Of a stretch of 20,000 nt of DNA, positions 8,796 through 18,202 are shown piece after piece. The notes beneath the pieces are model-generated. The model saw nothing but the letters and a program-made list of their open reading frames with translations, did not search any database and was not told the origin of the DNA. The stretch covers positions 361,920-381,919 of the forward strand of contig NW_027191475.1 in NCBI RefSeq assembly GCF_011745625.1, given 5' to 3'. Numbering within the stretch: the first letter of the stretch is position 1; each line of letters opens with the position of its first letter. A program made the translations under genes and the position numbers. Origin of the DNA: Cladosporium halotolerans (taxonomy: Eukaryota).

Positions 8796-10495
8796 ATGGC
8801 GGAGCCTACCACGCCCGACGCCGGGCCCAGCTTCGCCCCGCCGAGTCTCCCTCCCGGGTGGTGCGTCTTCACCAGCCCTTCTTGACCTCACACTCCCGAT
8901 CACACTTCCTCCTCTTCCCTTCCCTCGAGAGTCTCCAGCAGCTCGCGACCCTCAGCTTCCTCTTTCTCTCTCCTCCCACCTCTTTCACCGCTCGTGTGAG
9001 ACATTGGGCCTTGGCACTGACTTGGCGGCTATTCTAAAGGATCGCGCAGTGGGACAACAAGTGAGTGGTCGTTCTAGCCTCCCTTCTGTCGACCAGGTCG
9101 ACTTTCTCGCAATCAGGCGTTCTAACGCGCAATCCGCAGATCGCGAAAGTACTACTTCGTCCAAATCAGCACCGGCGAGTCCACCTGGGAAGTCCCCACC
9201 GCCGCCGCTCCGCAAGTCCCTACGCCGGGAGGCACGCCAGCACAGATGTCGGATCCTTTCCCGAAACCTGGTCAGCAGGGCGACCGCGGTAATGGTTATG
9301 GTGACGGCTACGGTAACGGCCAGGGAAATCAGTATGGGAACAACGGGCCTGAGGGCGCACAGGAGGGCGAGAGAGGGTTTAAGGTGAGAGGGCAACGATC
9401 AAGAGATGCCATCGGTGAGAATATGGTTACTGATACGTGGAACTATAGACAGACGCTTTCAAGATGGCCATGGGAGGCGGCAAGTCGCACTCAAACTCCT
9501 CCGGCCTAGGCGGTCTGGCCTCCTCGTTCCTGGGTGGAAGCTCAGGCGGTCACGGCAACTCCTCGCACAACTCTTCTGGCCTCGGAGGCCTTGCTCAGTC
9601 TTTCCTGGGCGGCAACGACAACAAGCACTCGAACAGCAATCAGCACGGATCTTCCGGCGGCGGCCTTGGAGGCCTCGCGCAGTCGTTCCTTGGCAGCAGC
9701 AACAACAACCACAACAGCCAGCACTCTGGCAGCAATCAGCACGGCTCATCAAGTGGAGGTCTAGGCGGCCTCGCGGGCCAGTTTCTCGGTGGAAGCAGCT
9801 CGTCAGGAGGCCACCATGGCTCGAGCCAGAACCAGGGCTACGGAGGAGGCAGCAACCAAGGCCACGGCAGTAGCAGCGGAGGCGGCTTCCTCAGCAGCCT
9901 GACGGGCGGTCACGGTGATAAGCCTCAGAGCGGCGGCTACGGTTACTCTGGAAGTGGCTCGAGCGGCACTTATACAGGCTCCGCTCCTCCCAGCTCATAC
10001 CAGCCCTCTGGCGCACCTTCACATGGCTCCGCTCCTCCAAGCTCCTCCTATCAGACTCCCGGCGCCCCGCCGCACGGCTCTGTTCCTCCAGGGACCTACC
10101 AATCCTCCGGCGCCCCGCCCCACGGCTACGGCTCCCAGCCCGGCGCACCGTCTGCGGGTTATGGCCCGCAGACTGGCTCTTACAACCCACCCGGCGGCGC
10201 TCCCTCATATGGGCAGGCAAGCGGCCACAGCGGTCCACCACAGCACGGCTCATACGGCGGGCCTCCTCCACCGCAAGGCGGGTTTCCTCAAGGCGGATAC
10301 AGTGGAGCTGGCACGCCTGGCGCTCCTGGTGGCTACGGCCAACCACAGGGAGGATATGGCCAGCCTCCTCAGGGTGGCTACGGTGGTGCCCAGCCGCCGC
10401 ACGGCGGCTATGGAGGCGGCGGGTATGAGCAGCATGGTGGCGGTGGTGGTGGCTATGGAGGAGGAGCACCGCCGCCGAACCCAGGGTGGAGGTAG
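8796..10495 (+). CDS. WW-domain protein with Gly/Ser/Asn/His-rich repeats and Gly/Pro/Gln/Tyr-rich tail; exons 8796-8860, 9040-9060, 9140-9383, 9449-10495 (458 aa)
   Basis: Splicing assembles a WW domain LPPGW|IAQWDNK|SRKYYFVQISTGESTWEVP. Introns: GTGCGT..CACTGAC..AAG, GTGAGT..TCTAAC..CAG, GTGAGA..TACTGAT..TAG. Exon sum 1377 nt, in frame. Confidence 0.85.
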
Positions 10496-11087
10496 ACGGC
10501 GATCGGTTCTTTGATTTCCTCATTTTGGTTTTTTTGGCAAGCAACGGATGAGTTTGATGACTGTACATGAAAAATGACTGCGTGCATGACATGATTGATT
10601 GATTGATGCGTGGCTACTTCTGGTTGCTCGTTTTGAAGCGTTGTGCGCGGTGATTCAGCAATGGAGACGTGAGACCGTAGACGGTGATGTAGATTCCGGA
10701 ATTGAGCATATCGTTGCCTTCCCGCGAATACGAGCCTCGTGTCTGCATGCGATGATAGCGGCGATTGAATCACGCCGCAGTCACCGCATGCAAGTGCTTA
10801 TTGAGAGACATCACCCCGGCAGTGGCACACAAGGCCCGGCACCTGAAGGCTGCACCGTGTATCTGATGTCTCAGACTGCATCCAGCCCGTCTGCACGCGC
10901 AGGCCTGTCTGAGGCAGCCACCAGACACGCCCGCCGCCGGCCAAGCTTCAGGTGAGCGCAGCGCCCCCAGACGCGTCCGTGCGCGGCCCTCTAACGCGGC
11001 CCGCTGGGCGGCTTCATCATCTGGAGATTCCACGAGACAGCCAGACAGACCGCACCCGCTCGCTAGCCTGCCACGCTGCCACGCCTG

Positions 11088-11118
11088 CACTGCTGCCACT
11101 GCCACTGCCACTGCTGCA
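11088..11118 (+). repeat. Imperfect (CCACTG)n hexamer microsatellite upstream of ypt1
   Basis: cactgctgccactgccactgccactgctgca seen directly. Confidence 0.6.
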
Positions 11119-11266
11119 CCACTCTTGCTCCCACGCATACTGCTCAACGCGCATCTGCCCTGACACTGCTAGGCATCCTCCCTCTCCTCCTCACGACCAC
11201 GGCGGCCACTCTCTGCCGCAGCACCACTGCACCTAACCCCCCGCGACACCCACACCCTCAGCAATC

Positions 11267-12217
11267 ATGAATCCCGAGTGGTGAGTGCCCTCGCCTGCCA
11301 ACGACGGCGCCTATGCCATACCTCTACTGCAGGCAGCACTGCTATGATAAGGACGTCACTAACACCGCGCCTCGCAGAGTATCTCCCGACCGCACCCTTC
11401 GCGCAGACCGCCACAGCCCGCTCCTCCTCGCTTTCCCGCTGCGCGCGCCCCGCCCCATCGCCCAAAAACCACCCCTACTGACCCGCACCCGCCGCAGATA
11501 CGACTACCTCTTCAAGCTTCTCCTCATCGGTGACTCCGGCGTCGGAAAGTCATGCCTTCTTCTCCGTTTCGCCGATGATACCTACACCGAGAGCTACATC
11601 TCCACCATCGGCGTCGACTTCAAGATCAGGACCATCGAGCTCGACGGCAAGACTGTGAAGCTTCAGATTGTGCGTCTCTATACCCTGAGAGAATAGTTTA
11701 CAACAAGTGACGGAATACTGACGGACTTGTGCTACAGTGGGACACCGCGGGCCAGGAGCGCTTCCGCACAATCACCAGCTCCTACTACCGCGGCGCGCAC
11801 GGCATCTGCGTCGTCTACGACGTCACCGATATGGATTCCTTCAACAACGTCAAGCAGTGGCTGCAGGAGATCGACCGCTACGCCACCGAGGGCGTCAACA
11901 AGCTGCTCGTCGGCAACAAGAGCGATATGACCGACAAGAAGGTTGTGGACTACAACGTTGCAAAGGTTCGTCGATATTCCTGCACTCCTCTGATTTTATT
12001 TCCAGCTCACACATCTTCACAGGAATTCGCAGACAGCCTCGGCATCCCCTTCCTCGAGACTTCCGCCAAGAACGCCAGCAACGTCGAGCAAGCCTTCCTC
12101 ACCATGGCCCGCCAGATCAAGGAGCGCATGGGCAACACCACCGTCAACAACAAGCCCACCGTGCAAGTCGGCCAGGGCCAGGGCGTGCAGTCCGGCAGCG
12201 CCGGCGGCTGCTGCTAA
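11267..12217 (+). CDS. ypt1: Rab1/Ypt1 small GTPase; exons 11267-11277, 11498-11669, 11738-11965, 12023-12217 (201 aa)
   Basis: [51 protein letters not shown]-terminal GGCC prenylation motif; exon sum 606 nt. Confidence 0.97.
11278..11497 (+). other. Complex first intron of ypt1: putative [D3,4] spliceosomal twin intron (internal 11281-11377; external 11278-11280 + 11378-11497)
   Basis: Internal: GTGAGT donor, CACTAAC branch 11357-11363, CAG 11375-11377. Its removal joins GTG+AGT into a perfect GTGAGT donor, used with TACTGAC 11476-11482 and CAG 11495-11497. Confidence 0.85.
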
Positions 12218-14864
12218 ATGCATTGCTTGGACATTCCACCCGGCTTCGGAAGGCCGAGCTCTCGGAACACACATACCTTTTTTTCTCTTACCTTTCACGA
12301 GATCCCCAAATCCTCTGTTGTTTTAATTGCCTGCTGCTGCGAAAGAATACAAACGTCTGAATTCCAAGCCTGATTGATGAGAACAAACCAAACACACTCT
12401 TCGCCGTTTCACCCGAGAAGTCCAATCCGATCCGCGACTCGTTCTTGACGCTGAGACTGCTGCTGGGGAATCTTCGCGAGAGAGCAAGAGGGTATCACAG
12501 CGAGCAAGCAACGGCGACTTTCAATCAACGGACTGCTTGGATTCCCTTTCCGTTCACGAGAGACACGAGTTGAAGGGAGTGGCGGGCGTTTCTTTCTTTT
12601 TCTATTCTGCTGCTCGGCTAGACTTTCGTGCTTGCTTTTCTCGCCCCGGCTGCTGTTCTTCTGCTACGGATCCTGCACTGCACTGCACACATGACTCTCT
12701 CGAAACGCGGTTCGCGGGCGGTGGAGATGGTTCCGCTGCGCATAATGGATAGGCTGGGCTAGGCTAGGCTAGGGTAGTTTTGTTGCATAACCGGGTTTTT
12801 GACTTTGGACTTAGTCTTTCGGCTGTGATTGATTCGTCTCACGTATTGGTTTTGGTATTGTCCTATCTCGCCAAGTAACTTGTGCCGCGGTGATAGTTTG
12901 ATTCGCTTGGGCTGCAGGTTGGGTGGGTGGTTGGAGGTTAGGCGGAGATTGAAAGTGTAGGAATGAAGGTAGGTACGTAGGCGGTCGAGCCGAGATCTGG
13001 AGGATGGAGGACTTGGGGTGGCTTGGTGTTACGCATGCGGATTTTGAGCTGGAGATTAGGACAGGGAGTGAATCCTACGCAGCTACCCTAGGCGATAATT
13101 CTGAGAAGCTGGGTAGTGTGCTTGTCGTATTGAGAAGATCTCGTGCGTTGCTATAGCCTGCGGACGCGATGAAGCTTCATCTAGTGCTGGGAAGGAATGT
13201 TCGGACGAGCGTGATGAGATAATGCCGTCTGCATTCAGTGGATTTGGGTCGCTACCTTACGTAGGTTGCTGTGGATTTTGCTCGTGATTCTACGAGGTCA
13301 ATTCTGTCGCTTTGAGCGGAGGAGGAGTTCCTTCTATTACATTTCGAGACAGATGCGTCGACATGTAATTCACCACGAATTCTACTCGCTTTGTTGAGCA
13401 TTTGCGGATCTCGATGCTGGTGCACAGGCTATCGGTAAGAGATTCCGCGGTCGAATTGATTACTTGTGAGTTGATTGGCATCGAGGGCACCGACGGTCTC
13501 TCTCGACTTGTGATATCGCAGTGCAGTCATCTCAGGAAAAGCTTCCAGATACAGGTGTATGACTTTGGCCAGCAATAGCCTTCACCAGTTGTCGCGGCCT
13601 AGGTCTATAGGCCTACGTACGGTGAGGGATAGACTCATCTCGTCGGATTCGAGGGGCGGATTGGATCGTATTTTTGCAATGTGCGGAACCCAAAGAACGC
13701 AGATATCTCTATTGGCTACAGTCGACATGGACAAGATTGCCTCAGGACTCTCGGACGTCGACGACACCATTCCCCCCCTAGTTGGTAGCCAGTCACTCTT
13801 CAAAACTTGATCGTGACATTAGTCCCGACAGTAAAACGGATACCAGCGCGAATGTATAATGCTGTTCATAGCGAGCATCAAATACTGACGACAGAATTTG
13901 AGTCCGAGTAAACGTATTGATCGTCAAACCCAAGTACCTTGGATCATGGACTATGTAGTCGACTCGTGACAGCCTCCCGATGTTGAAGCCTCGTGTGGTC
14001 GTCCTCGCGGTCAAAGCAAGTCATTTAGATAACGCTGTAACAATTAGAGTCTTCCTTCCAATGTGCAGGATCCAAAAAGTGGCGATATCACCGAACCTCA
14101 TGCTTCTGTTGAGCATGTAATTCGGACAGCCGTGAGGGCTTTCAATCAAGTGTATGTCTTGGTTTTTCTGGCTCGGGATGTACGAATTCTTGCGCCCGAA
14201 GTTTGACCGTATACTATTAGCGAGCACATACTATGAGAGCGTCAAGGTACACTACATTTTCACGACGTCCAGTCCGTGTGTCCGTCAGTTCAGAGATGTG
14301 TTGCAAGATCGATGAGGTGGAACCTCCGTTGCTGCCTGAGGCATGAATTACGCTACAATTCCCCGCGACCAACGCGCGACAAGGGATCCCAGCAGGCGCG
14401 TGTGAGGCACATGACTTGCGCCTATGAATGCCCGACCACTTCAAACACACTCTTTATTATCACTGCCTCACTTCGCTTTCGCGCACATTTTGCACTATTG
14501 CAGTGTCGATGTGCATTCCATTCTCGGCATTCGTCTCCTCGCGCAATTGTTTGTCCGTTGTTGACAACCACACCTAGGCGCAGAAAGCTGAAGCATTCGG
14601 GCGAACAGGCCAGTGTCGCGCCACATCCGTATTTCTACGCGCCTCTCAGCTCAGTTACACCTATTGGAGACTGCGCAGTCTCAGACGGCTTCATCACAGG
14701 GGACACTCAAACGTACAATAAATATTGCTCGATGCTGCTTGCCGCCCATCGGAAGTACCCAACCGAGGAAAACGCACTATGAAAGAAAGTCAACGCATGC
14801 AAGTGTCAGAACCACCTGCTAGCAACGGCCGCTCTTTCCGTCAGCAAACGTCGACGCAGGTGAC

Positions 14865-17195
14865 ATGGTCGAGTCAGCAATTACTACGCACCGCAAGTTC
14901 GTAGGTACTGCTTGCTTGTACCGCCACCTCGCGTTGCGAAAACCTCCTTTCCTGCGCAGGAACTTGAACCTTATTCTGGAACGACACGAAAAGCTACTCG
15001 CGGTCTCGAGAGGCGGTGCTGTTGACGGGGAGATGAGTGTGAACGAGAGGCGAGATGTTGGGTGGGATTACCCCACCACTGAGATGCTGGAGGATTTACT
15101 GAAAGGCCAGAAGCCAGTGTTGAATGTGGATGGATTGCGGATCTGGCGGCATGGCTCCAGAGCACAGAGGTAAACATTTCCTTGAGACATTGCCCATTTT
15201 GGATCGAGCGCAATTAATTCTCGAAACAGTGCTCGGAATCGATTGTCTCGAAAGGCTGGTAATGATCCTGATTGGCTTCCTGATCCGGACATCGATTTTC
15301 GAGCTCTTTGCTTCGTCACACTTATCTTTTTCGACCCTGGCAAAGGCAACACCAAGAAGAATAAGATCCACGTCGATACCAGAACCGCGCACATAGAGGG
15401 TAGGGAGGTGGCGGCGAATGAGTTTCGCTTCGACATCCACCTGGACGAGCCGTTTTCAATCGAGGTTGACAAGATCTATGAGACTGTCGCTAGAGGTAGT
15501 AACGGAACGCGGAGGTGGAAACGAACAATTCCGACTCACTATCAGCTTGATGTCGAAATCAAATGCCAGGACCCTCAGGATTCGATCGACTTTCTTTCGT
15601 TGATTGAGGAGAAGTCTCCGAAAGTGTACCAATCATCCCTGACCGCAAGAGACGCAATTTTGCGAGCCAACTGGGACGACCTCCCTGAATGCCCGGGCCC
15701 GAACAAGCTTCTGAGAATGACACGCACCAATGGTCCCGACTATGAAACTGAATCAAACTACGGAGTTGGCTTGTCAATAGGTTGGAGCCCGAAGAGAGAG
15801 TCTCCTCTGGCTACATATACGAAAGCTCGGCGTGCGGCCATTGTCCCCGAGCAGGATCAACTGCCTACACCGAGCGCATCCGACGAGTCTGAAAAGGCTA
15901 CAAAACAGCACGTGATAACATACATCTTTATGAATGAGCGATATCTCATCCAGGAGAATTTACGCTGTCCTCTCTGTGCTGCTGCGACGAATGCCCACGC
16001 TCTCCACGAATACGCCTCGTTCGATCAACTGCATTTTCATCTTCTTATGTGGCACGATCACTTTCACCCTAAGGTTGTGGGAGAGAAAGACTCCGATGCT
16101 TGCCATCGAAAGGTGTATCTCTGGTTTTCAGGCCGACAAACCGAGAAATTTAGTCAGCCTGTGGATGAGGACGATGAAGAGGAGTGGATAGCCCCCAACA
16201 GGCCTTTCGATCAAAAAGCATACCTGAGAGGCGAAGATGATTGGACCGGGCATCCGAGACTCCCCTCGCCAACAAGACATGGTCCAAAGCCTGCAAGACC
16301 TCCCACGAGATCTCTTAAAAAGCACGCTTCAAGTACTTCGGTTAGTCAGCTTTCAGCCAAGAGCAGATCCCACCCCTCAGAGGTGCGCGATATGCCCGAC
16401 TTGCCTAAGCCCAGATATCGAGTGCCAAAGGTCCCAGGGATCAGATTTTACCGTACAAAATCGAAAAGGCCTTTCGAGGAAGACGAAGAGGTTTCCGAGA
16501 GCGATGAGGAGGTCGACGAGAGCTGGCTACGAGCCCGCCTGCACGACGACATGCAGTCTCTGCCGATTAGCGCAGGCGAAGCGGAGTTTATACGTGACTG
16601 GAACTATGCGGCGAACGAGGAGAATTTCTCGGCTAACGTCCTCACGCGAGAGGGCGTGGTGCGCTTTACGAGGGTCTTTCAGGCGAAGCTGCAAGAACGG
16701 CGGTACTGCGAGGCATTTACGGCTTTCCTGGCCCGGCTGAAAGCGCACAGTGTGCTTGATGATGCGGTCTTTGACTACTGTATGGACCGGATTCAAGCAG
16801 TGTCAGATCTAGACAGCGATGACTTCCGACGGCTTAAGCATCCTCGATTGGAGACTGCGGCATCAAGGCGGGAAATGGCACCGGCAGTCCCAGCGACAAA
16901 TGGATGGGCAGTTCGAGGAGGCATCAACGGCAATACAATCCGTGGAAAGGGCAGCTTGAACGAGTCTGCGCCTCAAGGGCGCAAGACTTGCACATGCGGC
17001 AAATCGGTTTCCAGCGCAAGGGGCAGTATCATTTGCCACGACAACGTAAGTGCTTTTGGAAAGTGCCTCGAGGCTTAAGAGCTAACAATTTTGCCACAGC
17101 GCTGCTCCCGCGTTCATTTCCACATGGCTTGCGTCGGGCTCACGACCCGTCCAGACGCGTGGCGGTGTGCCGATTGCTCTCCTCCAGACCAATAG
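14865..17195 (+). CDS. suz12: Suz12-like (VEFS-box) Polycomb PRC2 subunit with C-terminal PHD finger; exons 14865-15169, 15230-17045, 17100-17195 (738 aa)
   Basis: N-terminal RKPPFLRRNL, C2H2 finger LRCPLC...FDQLHFHLLMWHDHF, VEFS-like FYRTKSKRP...SESDEEVDESWL...EAEFIRDWN...VVRF, and C4HC3 PHD. Introns 15170-15229 (GTAAAC..CAG, weak branch) and 17046-17099 (GTAAGT..GCTAAC..CAG); exon sum 2217 nt. Confidence 0.78.
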
Positions 17196-18202
17196 TCCCC
17201 AACTATGGTCGGTAGTCAAGTTTTTCCCTTTCAGTAGAGGCGGACAGCGTTCATGAACATAACTTAGCGAGGCGTTGTTGGGATCAGGGGTGGCTGTTTT
17301 TCTTTTGCTTTTCCAGTCTTTTGGTATCAGGGATCGGGCGGTTCCTGCGGAGGATTGCTTTGCATTATGTATATTCTCAATTGATCAATGATCACGGTGC
17401 TGGAGCCACGCCGCGCAGAACTAATATGATTTCGATGCATTGGAAGCGACAATTGTCTGCTGCCCTCATTCCGTGAATCGCTAGAGAGGGCCTCACTTGC
17501 ATGAGTTTTGGACTCTCGCGATCGGAATCACCGATGATACTAGCCTGTTCCCCCAGGCGCATTTTCGGACGGGTTCTGAAGTCGCATTCACTTATGCAGT
17601 TGCACAGCCGGGTTTTGACCATAGACGCATACTAGATAACATATAGTTGTTCAAGTATGAAATCGGAGAAGCCCTGGCCTTTTCCCGGCATCCTCATCAT
17701 TTTCGAAGCATGCAGCCTATAAATAAGCTTCCATGGGTGCGATACACAGCAAATAAGGCACCCTGTCGAAGAACGCTATTTGTTTGATCGAAACTTGGCA
17801 TGTGACATTGACTTCCAGCCTTGTAGAATTCACATGCCAGTGATAAGCCGTTTGAACCACGTGCGGCGCCCCCACTGGTAATAGCGACAGCCTGAGGCGC
17901 CGCTCTAGCGCATACGGTTCTTCACTTCTGAATGTGTGCGTCCAGCCCCACCTCTTCATACAAATCATCCTTGCATTCATCACCATCACATCCGGCAACA
18001 GACAACCCAATAGTGTCGCCCTATAATTTATTCTACCGAAATCGCAGCGATCCATCGACCTCTCACAACAACGACGACTGTCGAACGGAGAACCAACGAA
18101 TCTCCCTCAGAGCTCACTCGCCAACCACGCAAGACGTGGGCGATCACGAACTCACTGCCATCAGCCCAACTTCATTACCAGCAAGTGCTCAAGTTCACAG
18201 TC

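Noticed and set aside
11378..11384. Alternative model: 1-nt micro-exon A followed by a GTATCT donor
   Set aside because: Gives GAG TG|A = stop and a frameshift; cannot encode MNPEYDY.
11313..11497. ORF-track N-terminal extension of Ypt1 (MPYLYCRQH...)
   Set aside because: Lies in intron sequence with clear branch and acceptor signals; the conserved MNPE start is at 11267.
14276..14782. 168-aa plus-strand ORF upstream of suz12
   Set aside because: Non-ATG start, no domain, atypical composition; probably promoter or UTR sequence.
17628..17660. Imperfect hairpin CATACT...AGTATG
   Set aside because: Short, mismatched stem, within chance expectation; no ncRNA features.
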